The position numbers and the translations under genes were made by a program. The notes beneath the pieces were generated by a model. It saw only the letters and a list, made by a program, of their open reading frames with translations, had not been told where the DNA came from and searched no databases. A stretch of 64,000 bases of DNA from Chiloscyllium plagiosum (Eukaryota), in contig NC_057719.1 in NCBI RefSeq assembly GCF_004010195.1, forward strand, positions 73,266,365 to 73,330,364, in the 5' to 3' direction. Positions 39,900 through 51,920 of this stretch are shown piece after piece. How positions within the stretch are numbered: position 1 is the stretch's first letter; each line of letters begins with the position of its first letter.

Positions 39900-40572
39900 A
39901 TAGTCATCGAATCCTGGCGATGTACAGCATGGAAACAGACCTTTCGATCCAACCCGTCCACGCCGACCAGATATCCCAACCCAATCTAGTCCCACCTGCC
40001 AGCACCCAGCCCATATCCCTCCAAACCCTATTCATATACCCATCCAAATGCCTCTTAAATGTTGCAATTGTACCAGCCTCCACCACATCCTCTGGCAGTT
40101 CATTCCATAGCTGTACCACCCTCTGTGTGAAAAAGTTGTCCTTTAGGTCTCTCTTATATCTTTCCCCCCTCACCCTAAACCTATGCCCTCTAGTTCTGGA
40201 CTCCCCAACCCCAGGGAAAAGATTTGCCTATTTAACCTATCCTTGCCCCTCATAATTTTGTAAGCCTCTATAAGGTCACCCTTCAGCCTTGGACGCCCCA
40301 GGGAAAACAGCCCCAGTCTGTTCAGCCTCTCCCTATAGCTCAGATCCTCCAACCCTGGCAACAGCCTTGTAAATCTTTTCTGAACCCCTTCAAGTTTCAC
40401 AACATCTTTCTGATAGGAAGGAGATCAGAATTGCACGCAATATTCCAACAGTGGCCTAACCAATGTCCTGTACAGCTGCAACATGACCTCCCAGCTCCTG
40501 TACTCAATACTCTGACCAATAAAGGAAAGCATACCAAATGCCTTTTTCACTATCCTATCTACCTGCAACTCC
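39900..40572 (-). mobile_element. CR1 3' fragment (family of 31273-33478); a shorter tail lies at ~39170-39312
   Basis: [33 protein letters not shown] and FFTQRVVQLWNELP motifs. Confidence 0.88.
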
Positions 40573-40929
40573 ATCTTTTAACATTTATTTTTAAGCTTAC
40601 TGGAAATGCTTCCACAGTACTGCCATTATAATATGGTTGTGTTCCTTCTAATTGCTGACTGTCTGGTAATACATTGCACTCCAGTGAAACATTTGGCTTT
40701 TTAAATGCATCCAAACTAATATTGCAAACCATTCTGGATTCTCTTGGGCGTTTCCAGGAATTTGAGTTATAACTGCTGCAGAAGTGCAAGACAAAAATCG
40801 TAGCTGTGGTTTTTGAAAATGAAAATTGTTGATTTTTCTGATGTTCTTGAAAGAATTATTTGTTATTTATAACATAGTGGGGATGGGCAATAAAGGTTGT
40901 TTGATGAGCAGTCAGGCATCATTTGGTTT

Positions 40930-41070
40930 GCAAGGTTTGTGAAGGTTTGTAGCTCAGGTTGAGGTTTAGGGTGTAGGTTTGCTCGCTGAGCTGTAGGTTT
41001 GATATCCAGACGTTTCATTACCTGGCTAGGTAACATCATCAGTGGCGACCTCCAAGTGAAGCGAAGCTGT
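40930..41070 (-). mobile_element. PLE family fragment (family shared with 58778-58985)
   Basis: TTTGTAGCTCAGGTTG...TGTAGGTTTGCT is shared with 58795-58832; carries a hammerhead motif. Confidence 0.65.
41006..41045 (-). ncRNA. Type-I hammerhead ribozyme motif
   Basis: Minus strand CCA-CTGATGA-T-GTTACCT(AGCC)AGGTAAT-GAAA-CGTC-TGG: 3-bp stem I, 7-bp stem II (G-U closing), ACGT palindrome, GUC site. Confidence 0.8.
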
Positions 41071-41280
41071 CACTAAATCTGTCTGCAGAGATTACAAATT
41101 GGCACACATGAAATTGCCATGTTTAATTGACCATAAAATAAATGTGCAGCTGCTTAATTAGAGTCTTGGAAGGACAGGTACGCCATCTAAATACAGTAAA
41201 ACACACTAAGGCCTTACAACACCAAAGAATCCAAGGGCCTTTGTGTGACTGGATTTGTTCATCAGTGTGTATTGACACAG

Positions 41281-41636
41281 GGCAGCATTGTGTCTCAGTG
41301 GTTAGCACTATTGCCTCACAGTGCCAGGGACCTGGATTCGATTTCCATTTCAGGCGACTGTCTGTGTGGAGTTTGCACATCCTCCCCGTATTTGCATGGG
41401 TTTCCTCCAGGGGTTCTAGTTTCCTCCCATAATCCAGAGACGTGCAGGTCAGATGAATTGGCCACGCTAAATTGCCCATAGTGTTCAGGAATGTGTAGGT
41501 TAGGTGCATTAGTCTGGGATAAATATAGGGTAATAGGGAAGGGGAATGAGTCTGGGTGGGTTACTCTTCGGAGGGTCAGTATGGACTTGTTGGGCCGAAG
41601 GGCGTGTTTCCATACTGCAGGGATTCTACGATTCTA
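41281..41636 (+). mobile_element. V-SINE (HE1-like)
   Basis: Full-length homologue of 17944-18260. Confidence 0.88.
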
Positions 41637-43884
41637 ATGTCCTTTTCCTTAAATAGTCATGTTAGTTCAACATGTTAATTCAGTATCTACATAAGAATAA
41701 GAATATACTTTCACTTCCTTGAGTATGTTCTGTCATTCTGTTAGATCACAGCTGATAGTACCTCATTGATCTCCATTTCTTTCATGGGTACTAATACCCT
41801 GATCTGGCTAAATTCCATTGAACGCACATTCGGGATACCTTCAATTGCTTTTTGCGGAGTAAGTTTTCCAGATTTCAATTGCAGTTTGTACATAAGACTT
41901 TTTTTGTATTTGATCCTACATGGCCTACCTGCAGTTTTGAGTACTCCCAGTAGATTAATAACTCTCAGCAGTGAGATTGGTACATCAGAACATGACACAA
42001 TTTGAATGCTGAACTTTTGAAAACTCAATATTTTCAACAAGGAAAATTCTTTCTTACTGGAGCATGCAGTCGGATAGATATTGTGGTCTCATATCTTTTG
42101 ATGAGTCTGTATTTAGATTAGTTGCTCAGGATTTTGCCTCAGCTGCACTGTCAGGAGAACAGGAGATACTTTCAAAGAGAAAGTTATAGATATTCTACTT
42201 TGTGGAAACTACATGTGAAACATTGTTTGATAGGATTGCTTGTTACAAGTTCAAATTTGTTACTGGAATATTTTCTTTCGTTCATTTGATGTTAGATTAG
42301 TTTCATCACTGTCATAACATCGATGTCTGTACACTAAAACCGAGTCCAAGCTTTTATTCAAGGAATAGAACAGATGTAAGCCACCTTTTAAATCTCCACA
42401 TCCTTCCATTTAATAGCATTCAATTTTAATAGCCCAATTTATTTCTAGACATTTTAGGCAGAACTTAATAATTTCCCTAAAGGTGGAATGCTGATTTGAT
42501 AGGACAAGAGGGTACAGGTTCTGCACCCACTGCCTCCCTGACTGTGCCCCTCGTTCAAAGATACTCCGTGCCTGATTGAAGGACCCATCATCAGGAAGTT
42601 GGGCTGGTTGGCAGAAGTCTAGCCTTCACCATTTCCTCTGTCACCCCCCTGTTTTGAGTGTCTTAACGCAGCGGTGTTTTCAACACAAGAACGTTGTTGA
42701 AGAGAAACGTAGTATCAACCTACAGGCTGTGTAGCTCATGATAGAGGTCACATGACTATGGCAGATTTGGTCAGTCATTTGTATAAAGTTACATTTCATT
42801 CCCAACATTCCCTTTGTAAACAAAAAAAATTGGCATGTTTTATATTGCGTATTTTTAGTTTCCCCAGTATTAGTGTGACTGTTCTTGTGTCTTAGTGATT
42901 TCATTATTTCCATTAGTCTGTGTGTATGTATAGTGCATGTGGTTTTTAAATCATGCTGGTCTTTAAATGGCATGTGGGCATGTTGTTGTTAGCTACTCTT
43001 CTGGGTAATGTTATTTTACCAAGGAGTGTCATTCCTGTGTCATTTGTTGCTAAAGTAGTTATTGCTCTGTTTCTCTCATTGGAATCCTGTGCACCTCTGG
43101 GTCTAATAACTGATATAATATGAAATGTGTATTGGTTGCACTTTCACATCTTCCTGTCCAAACACCTGCAGTTGAGGAACAGCTCCTCCAATGAGATGTA
43201 TGTGCCTATGGTTACCTGATCTTATACTTCTATCACATCCAATCAAGATGACAACAGCTCCTTACAGGTCCCAAGTTGCCACTTGGCTTGCTTTTAGCTG
43301 AGACACTGGCTCTGCAATACTCAACTCTAACAGCATTTTAGCAATTTTATTGAAATGGAATTTGATTTTCTGCCATTTAATCCTAATTTCTTCTACTCAC
43401 AACTAGTTTTACTCTTCCAATAGCAAAGAAGCTACTGAAACCAAGAGTAGTCGATGTGCGGTATGAGATGAGACTTTGTACAGGACTACTTTCCAGATTT
43501 TCAGTAGGTATGTTTCTCTGCTTGAGGATGGCCGTGTAAACATCTGTGCAGGGTTTGCTCGATCTCTTTATGATTCCTATGGTGATTTTTCACTGTGACT
43601 TCAGCCTGTACATTTGACTGGCAATAGTGTGGAGAAAATTGTGGTTGTGGATTTCCCAAACTTGCATGAAGTGACTCAATTCTTTCAGTTAATGACAATG
43701 TCAGAAATGCAGTGATAGCAGAATTGTGCTTTTAGGCATTCCACAACTTCCAGCGATTAGTTACTGAAGCCAATTGGCTGACCTCCCACTTGTCAGGATA
43801 GTAGAGTGCACTGTGATAAGTCAGTTCCTGTCAGTGTGAAGAGATCTGCTCCTAGCCCCATCCATGGTCTGCCTGGGATGTCAG

Positions 43885-44034
43885 CAACATTCCCTCTCAG
43901 CTGCACATGCACGCGGTTACCTCAATGTTCCATGTACCCGATTGGTGTGTCAACGTGGATCACAGCATTGACTGCCGATTGCAGAAGTCACTACTGTGCA
44001 TGGACTGTGCAGAAGAAAATTTGAAGGAACACTG
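43885..44034. mobile_element. hAT-type MITE with 8-bp TSD
   Basis: Ends CAACATTCCCTC / GAAGGAACACTG are imperfect TIRs. GATGTCAG at 43877-43884 and GATGCCAG at 44035-44042. Interrupts the Gypsy integrase. Confidence 0.65.
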
Positions 44035-44138
44035 GATGCCAGTGTCATCAGTGGCTATCTTGCTTGTTTAGCTTGATACTCAGGACAAGCATTGCACTGG
44101 CTGATACCCCCACCCTTGCTTTCATTGCTCAAGTTTAG

Positions 44139-44478
44139 GGGAGGGGACTGCAGCAATTATTACACTGGACTGTGAATCCAGAGACACAGGTGATGTTCTG
44201 GGGATCTGGGCTTGAATCCCACCATGGCCGATGGTGAAATTTTAATTCAATAAAAATCTTGAATTAAGATCCTAATGATGACCGTGTCTCCATTGCCTGG
44301 AAGAAGCCAACTAATGTTGTTTAAAGAAGGAAACAGCCAACCTTACCTGGTCTGGCCTAACTATTTTAGACCCATAACAAAGTGCTTGATTCTTAACTGC
44401 TCTCTGGGTAATTACAGAGGGTAATAAATGCTGGTCTTCCCAGTGCCACCCACATTCCATACATGAATAAATGAAAAT
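44139..44478 (+). mobile_element. Second SINE family copy inserted in Gypsy pol
   Basis: Homologous to 23961-24304; B-box-like GGGCTTGAATCCC. Confidence 0.75.
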
Positions 44479-45909
44479 ATTTGGCCAATAAAGTACATCT
44501 CTTGCCTTCCTCTGTGTTGATTCAGTTGTTTTGGGGTTTGCATGGATACACTTTTCTTTTCTCTCCTCTCCACTGTTTCAGGATCATTACTCTATTTCCT
44601 TTACACAATTTGCCATCAATTCACCTCTCCATGCCCAGTATACTCTTAAAGCAGCAGGTGTATCCTCGATGCTGTCTGGCTATTCTTTCACCATGGCTTT
44701 CTGCCACACTAGGTGCATTGCATTTGTGGGAAGCTTGCTTGATTTGAGCAAGTTGCTTGTCAGTTATATTCAGCATCTTTGCTGGGTTGATGAGAAGAAT
44801 CTGGAAGAATCTGTTGTAGCATCCTCCACATTTTCATTAACAGGAAGACACTTTTCATCAGTATGCCTGCAATGTGCATCTGCTTCCTTTGTTCATATGT
44901 CCCATCCGGATGAAATCTCAGTAACTAAAGTAGCATTCATTGCAGACACTTTGGAGCAGGTAGTAATGGAGTGGTTTATGGTCAGACTCAATGTCGTTGT
45001 TTCTTTGAAGTATCATTTGAACTATTCATGAGTAAGACAGTTGGAAGGTACACTTTCTGGATCAGGGCATAATATCTTTCTATTTAGGCTAGTGCGCCCT
45101 GGATGAAAATGCAAACATTGTTGTATTTGGGTTGCTCCAAGTCATGCCTCCTTATTTATGTTGCAGTATTCCAGCAGTGGTGTTTCTGTCACTAATTGCT
45201 TGATTTTAATTATTGCTGCTTTTTGTTCTGTGCCCCAACACACTGCATGTCCTTTCCCAAGAATTGCCATAATCGTTCACTCTCCAGTGAACAACTGGGC
45301 AAGAATTTTGCCAAACAGTTAATAAATCACTGCATTCCTTTTAGTTGTGTTGCTCACTGCATCGATTCTACACTTCTCACCTTTTTGGTATCTGGGGAAA
45401 TAGTTTTACTGTCAATACATGGCCTATGTACATTACTTCAGGCATTCAGGCATCCGTAATTATTATGTTTTCTTGTCCTACTTCAGGTTCACTTGGCAAG
45501 GTCAGATTCTTTTCTGCAATACACTTATGTGCAGAATGATTCAGTGAGAACACTGGTTTCAACATTCTGGACATGCCTTCTTTTTTGTATGATGTGTTTG
45601 ACAGTATTTGCACCCTGCCCTGTGTCTGTGATCCCCACTCCCTTTGTGCCTAGGGTACCTGTCAGCTTAAGCAAGACCCTGGTCTGTTCAACCATGAATC
45701 TGCTCAAGATGTTGATTTGCAACCTCAGCACTTCTGCACAGATCAATTGCTGTCCTGAATGTAATTTTGTCTTCTCTTAGTAGACACACTTTCACTTTTG
45801 GATCCCTTATTCCTAATACAATCCTGTCTCTAATTGCTCATCCTTTAATTGTATAAATTCACAAGCTGTATTTATTCACAATTTCTACAAGCTGTATTTA
45901 TGATGGTAC

Positions 45910-46068
45910 ATATCTTAGCCTGCTGGACCAACTTTCCTCATTCCTGAAGAAGGGCTAATGCCCAAAACGTCGATTCTCCTGTTCCCTAGATGCTGCCTGA
46001 CCTGCTGCGCTTTTCCAGCAACACATTTCCATCTCTGATCTCCAGCATCTGCAGACCTCACTTTCTCC
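45910..46068 (+). mobile_element. PLE family A 3' fragment (hammerhead with GAAA>AAAA mutation)
   Basis: Near-identical to 107-197 and 15189-15315. Confidence 0.85.
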
Positions 46069-46481
46069 TCATATTACTCATGAACTCTACTTCCCTTTAC
46101 CTAGTATTGAATACTTATTGCACATATGTAACATTAATTTTGGGATCAAAATGTGCCTTAAACATTTAATTTTTTTTTGCCATGCATTTTTTTCTGTTGT
46201 TGAGGGAGATTTAAGGTAGAATATATTTTTAAACATTCTCTTCACAATAGTGTAACAACTTGTGCTTGTTCTGGTTTGCTCGACACATCCATAGCAATTG
46301 CATAATCCAGCCATTGTTCGTGGATGAATGACCAGTTCTGACGCATATTCCCAGTAATTTGAACAGCAGCTCTTAGGGGAAAAGCTGCAGCCATTTCATC
46401 TGCGGTCTTCATTTCTTTTGCAGTGGCAGTTCGTGCTTTTTATTTCAGTTCCAGACACTCAGCTGGCGCCCCTTCTGGCAC

Positions 46482-46697
46482 GATCGCTGGAGACCACAGC
46501 AGGTCAGGCAGCATCCATGGAAAGAGGGAGAGAGACCAAACTAACGTTTCGAGTCTAGATGACTCTTCTTCAGCTCTGATGGAGAGTCATCTAGGTTCGA
46601 AACATTACTTTGCGCTCTCTCCATGGATGCTGTCTGACCCGCTGTGATCTCCAGCATTTCTTGTTTCTTGTACAGATTCCAGCATCTGCAGTAGTTT
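46482..46697. mobile_element. Palindromic PLE insertion (family B) inside the Gypsy PBS region
   Basis: Inverted arms around 46575. Degenerate TSD GCCCCTTCTGGCAC / GCCCCTCTGACAC. Confidence 0.7.
46543..46573 (-). ncRNA. Minimal hammerhead ribozyme motif
   Basis: Minus strand CTGAAGA-A-GAGTC(ATCTA)GACTC-GAAA-CGTT. Confidence 0.65.
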
Positions 46698-46880
46698 GCC
46701 CCTCTGACACCATGTCTCAAGTGTAAAGCACAGGACTGTGTTCAACATGAGGACTTTGTGTGCTGTATGACTCTGAGATATCTACCACAGGTAGTATGCC
46801 TCCTGGTCGAGTCATTTGACTAAGACATATTGGGACTGACATTTGGGAGGGCTAAGCTTTCTGGCCTGTTGAGGTTTCAT

Positions 46881-49800
46881 TAAGAACAGAAGAACTAGGA
46901 GCAGGAGTAGGCCCTCTGGCCCTTCGAGCCTTCTCTGCCATTCAATAAGACCATGGCTGATCTTCTCGTGGACTCAGCTTCACTCACCCGCGATTTCACC
47001 ATATCCCTTAATTCAAAAACTTAACTTGAAAAGCGATTACTGAAGTAGCATCTACTACTTCCCTGGGCAAGGAATTCCACAGATTAATAACCCTCTGGAT
47101 GAAGAAGTTCCTTCTCAGTTCAGTTCTAAACCTGCTTCCTCTAACCTTGAGGCTATTCTGTCTTGTCCTCATCTCCCTACAATTGGAAACATTCCATCTA
47201 TTTCAATTTTATTAATTCCCTTCATAATTTATATGTTTCTATAAGATCTCCCCACCCCATTCTTCTGAATTCCAATGAATATAATCCCAATCTACTCAGT
47301 CTTTAGTCATAAGCCGCTCCCCCAACCCTGGAATCAACCTAGTGAACCTCCTCTACACCCCCTCCAGTGCCGGTGCATCCTTTCTCAAGTAAGGAGACCA
47401 AATCTGCACACAGTACTCCAGGTGTGGCCTCACCAGCACCCTGTACAGCTGTAACATAGCCTCCCTGCTTTTAAATACAACCCCTTTAGCAATGAAGGAT
47501 AAAATTCCATTTGCCTTCCTAATTACTTATTGCACCTGCAGACATACCTTCTGTAATTCATGCACCAGGACACCCAGGTCCCTCTGCAATCAGCATGCTG
47601 CAACTTCTTACCATTCAAGTAATAATCTATTTTACTGTTACTCCTACCAAAATGTATGACTTCACATTTACTAACATTGTATTCCATCTGCCAGACCTTT
47701 GCCCACTCACTCAATGTATCTATGTTCCTCTGCAAAGTTTCACAGTCCTCTGCACACTTTGCTCTGCCACTCATCTTAGTGTCATCAGCAAATTGTGACA
47801 CCATACATGTGGTCCCCAACTCCAAATCATTGATCTAAATTGTGAATAATTGTGTTCCCAACACCGATCCCTGAGGCATAGCTCTAGTCACTGATTGCCA
47901 GCCAGAATAGCATTCATTTATCCCCACTCTTTGCTTCCTGTCAATCAACCAATCCTCTATCCACGCTAATAGTCTATCTCTAACATGATGCATTCTTATC
48001 TTATGCAGCAGCCTCATGTGTAGCACCTTGTCAAAGGCCTTTTGGAAATCTAGTTACACCACACCCACTGGGTCCCCACGGTCCACCTTGCTTGGTATGT
48101 CTTTCTCGAAATACAAAATATTTGTGAAGTATGACCTGCCCTTCATGAACCCATGCTGCATCTGCCCAATAGGACAATTTCTATCGAGATGCCATGCTAT
48201 TTCTTCCTTGATAATAGACTTAAGCATCTTCCCTACTACAGAGGTTAAGCTCACTTGCCTATAATTCCTCATCTTTTGTCCACTTCCCTTTTTAAACAGT
48301 GGCATCATATTTGCTATTTTCCAAACTGTTGGGACTGGCCCAGAGTCCAGGGAATTTGGAAAATTGCAGCCAGTCCATCTGCTATTTCTCCCACCATCTC
48401 TTTTAGTACCCCAGGATGCATTCCATAAGGGTCAGGAGACTTATCTGTCCTTAGCTCTATTAGCTACCCGACACTACCTCTTCCATAATAATAATTGTTT
48501 CCAGGTCCTCACCTACTTTTGTCTCTGTCACTTACTGGCATGTTATTGGTGTCCTCCACTGTGAAGACTGATGCAAAGTACCTGTTCAATGCCTCAGCCA
48601 TGTCATCATATCCTATAACTAACTGCCCCTTCTCATCCTCTAAAGGATCAACAACTACTTAAGCCACTCTTCTTTGTTTTGTATATTTATAGAAACTTTG
48701 CTCTCTGTCTTTATATTCTGTGCCAGTGTTTTCTCAAATTCTATCTCACTTTTCTTTATAGCCCTTTTGTGGCTTTCTGTTGACCTTTAAAGTTTTCCCA
48801 ATCTTTTAGATTCCTGCTGTCTTTGGCCACTTTGTATGTCTTCTCTTTCACTTTGATAGCCTGCCTTATTTCCTTGCACACCCATGACAGATTACCCCTC
48901 CTCTTACAGTGTTTCCTTCTCACCAGAATATACTTTTGCTGAGCACTTTGAAAAATTACTTTGAAGGTCCTCAACTGCTTGTCAACTGTCACACCAAAAA
49001 GTATCTGTTTCCAGCTACTTTAGCCAGGTCCTCCATCATTCTATCATAGTCCCCCTTATTCAAGCACAGGACCCTGGTGTTGAATTTTATCTCCACACTC
49101 TCCACCTGGTATTCTAAATTCAACCATATTGTGATCACTCCTTCCAAGAGGATCCCTAACTGTGAGGTCATTAATTATTCCTGTCTCGTTACACAGGACC
49201 AGATCTAGGATAGTTTGCTCCCTCGTTGGTTCCATTACATGCTGTCGTGGATACACACAACGATCTCCTCCTCGAGGCTTCCCTGACCAAACTGGTTCAA
49301 CCAATCTACATGCAGATTAAAATACCCCATGATAACTCCTGTACCATTTTTGCAGGCATTGGTTATTTCCTTGTTTATTACCCACCCCAATGTGATGTTA
49401 TTATTTGGCGGCCTATAGACTATCAATGACTTTTTCTTCTTCGAATTCCTAATTTCCATCCAAATGGATTCAACCTCATTGCTCCACAGAACCTATATTA
49501 TCTCTCAACACTGCCTTGATGTCGTCCTTGAATATCAGAGCTACACAACCTCCCTTGCATTGCTGTCTGTCCTTCTGAATAGTCTGGTTACCCCTGGATA
49601 TTTAACTCCCAGTCGTGACCATTCTGTAACCATGTCTCTGTGATGGCTACCAAATCAGATTCGTTTGCGATGATTTGTGCCATTAACTCATCGACCTTGT
49701 TACCAATGCTATGAGCATTCAGGTAAAGTGCCTTTGTGCTAGCTTTCTTACCCTCGTGATTTACAACATCTCTAGTATCTCCTGAGTTATTCTTCCTTTT

Positions 49801-50505
49801 TGCTTCTTTCATTGTCTGCCTTTAATTTAAACCCTCCTGCATACCTGCTAACTGGCTGCCTACCTTTTCATTTATCAGCATAGTTCCTGTTGCTTCCCCC
49901 CTGGCCCCCGACTCACCATTTTAAAGTCCAAGTGAGCACCCTTTTTTTTTCCCTTGAAAACTGGTTCCAGATTGGTTCAGGTGGAGACCGTCCCATCGGT
50001 ACAGATCCCCCCAGTTCCAAAACTGTGCCAATACCTCATGCAATGGAACTCCTCTTTCCCATACCATTCCCTGAGCCACTTGTTTACTTCCCCAACTTTC
50101 TTGTCCCTCAGCCAATTTGCATGTGGCTGGGGCAGTAATCCAGAGATTGTGACCATTGAGGACCTGTTCCTTAATTTCATTCCTAGTGCTTGATAATCCC
50201 CAAACAGGTCCTCCATACTAACCTTGCCTATGTTAGTCCCAACATGGACCACAACAACTGGATCCTCCCCCTCCCGCTCCAATATCCTGTCGAGCCAGTC
50301 GGAGATATCCTGTATCCTGGCACTGGGCAGGCAACATACCATGCGAGACTTCCGATCCGGTTTTCAAAGGATACTATCTGTCCCCCAAATTATAGAATCC
50401 CCCATAATTACCACTTGTCTTTTTGCTCCCCCCTCTTGAATGGTCTGCTGCACCATGGTGCCGTGGTCAGCTGGCTCATCCTCCCCGCAGCCCTTTCCCT
50501 CATCC
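46881..50505 (-). mobile_element. Long CR1 LINE: ORF1 SGNH esterase remnant + ORF2 (APE + RT), disrupted
   Basis: ORF1 MVCCLPSARIQD...VVVVHVGTN...SGLLP...DGLHLN. APE motifs LYLNAHSIGNK, AITETWL and SDHN. RT motifs QHGFMKGRS, PQGSVLG and FADDTK. Confidence 0.9.
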
Positions 50506-50554
50506 ACACACACAGATGCTCGACTCTCCCGCATTTCCTGCTGCTAGAACAACA

Positions 50555-51920
50555 AAAGGTGACATCTCATTTCAGACAGTCCATTAAAGGTGCAAGGTTA
50601 GAGTGGCTGTATCCCAATCTTGAGTCAGACTGGTTCTGTTTCCAAATTAGGAATTTATAAAACGTCGCATGGATTGACTGCCTGCGGATTATGTGCTTTT
50701 TGAACAAAACAAAGAATCTGCAACAACAATTCTGCAAATGCAAATTCACCCCGTAGACTTATTCATGTGAGGGAGGTGCATGAGAGAGTATCTGTTTGCA
50801 TGTGTGCATGCTTGGTGAAGTGTGTGCGTGATTGTGATGGAATATAAGCGTGTGAGTGTGGGGGGTGTATGTGTGTGTTTGAGAGAGCATGTGTATGAGA
50901 GAGGGTCTGCATCAGTGTATGATTAAGTAAGAGTCTGTGTGTGTGTGCATGTATGAATGTATAGTGTTGTGGTGTCACCTGTAGTGTAACATGAACCCAA
51001 AGTCCCGGTTGAGACCATCCCCATGGGTACCGAACTTGGCTATCAATATCTGCTTGGTCACTCTGTTGTTACGTATCCCAAAGTCCACCTTGGAGGATGG
51101 TTACCCAAAGATCTGAGGCCGAATGACCCTGCATGTCACGCTACTGGTGACTCCACTACACTTTACAATCTCACACATGCACACATACACACGCGCACAC
51201 TTACATACTCTCACACTCACGCAGACCCTCTCTTGTACACATGCTCTCTCAGACAAACACACCCCCCCCCCCCACACTCTCACCCACACACACCTTCTCA
51301 TAGGTTTATACTCCATCACACTCATGCACACAATCTACCAAGCACGCACACATGCAAACACACACACTCTCTCACTCACGTGTACACATTCTCACTCTCT
51401 TCCACACGCTCACACTCTTACACACTCTCCACTCTCCCCAGGGTGAAGTTGCATTTGCAGAATTGTAATTGCAGATTCCTTCATAAAGCACACAATCCAC
51501 AGGCAGTCAATCCGTGTAACATTTTATTAATTCCTACTTTGGAAGTAGAACCATTCTGACTCAAGATTGGGATACAGACAGACTCTAACCTCACACCTTT
51601 TACTGCATTGCCTGAGATAAGATATCACCTTTTTTCATAAAACCTTAAATTATTCTCAAGAATGTGATTTGAAAGAAGTTCTGGGATTTACATGTTATTG
51701 AACCAAAACCTGCAACCCACTCTAAAAGATGAAATACTTAACAGCAATCTAGGTTTGTTCAATATATCGTGTCAGTTGCAGGACACTGTGATCATTTGCT
51801 ATAAATTCAGTGTCTTTTGATCCTGCTCCACAGCTACCTGATGAAGGAGCAACACTCCGAAAACTAATACTTCCAAATAAACCTGTTGGACTTTAACCTG
51901 GTGTTGTGATTTCTAACTTT
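50555..51920. mobile_element. Penelope element remnant: ORF C-terminus + 3'UTR (minus, ~50555-51130) joined to an inverted pLTR copy (plus, ~51133-51920)
   Basis: Minus strand SASDLWVTILQGGL...QILIAKFGTHGDGLNRDFGFMLHY resembles the end of a PLE GIY-YIG domain. The CA-rich UTR is repeated in inverted orientation. Confidence 0.8.
51838..51866 (+). ncRNA. Hammerhead ribozyme motif (stem III slightly decayed)
   Basis: CTGATGA-A-GGAG(CAACA)CTCC-GAAA-ACTA. Confidence 0.6.

Larger units (their letters stand above)
42659..46880 (-). mobile_element. Decayed Gypsy/Ty3 LTR retrotransposon (gag, partial RT connection, RNase H, integrase; protease and most RT deleted)
   Basis: Minus strand: LTR-end CA then PBS TGGTGTCAGAG (46712-46702). 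Gag from ATG 46394 (MAAAFPLRAAVQITGNMRQNWSFIHEQWLDYAIA) with a CKYC..H..CP knuckle near 45570-45610. Also YIGHVLT, ESDHKPL, APKCLQ*MLL, RKARDVLYWPN, QCNAC, RPWMGLGADLF and SPHYCQSNVQAE. PPT AAAGGGAA at 42815-42808, then 3' LTR TG...CA at 42807-42659, weakly similar to 46880-46713. Confidence 0.85.

Noticed and set aside
40800..40840. GTGGTTTTTGAAAATGAAAATTGTT as possible Rab15 exon 2 (..KMK..)
   Set aside because: It does not encode VDFKMKT..IQIW and lacks suitable splice sites.
51023..51559. His/Thr-rich 178-aa ORF
   Set aside because: Translation of a CA-rich low-complexity PLE UTR.
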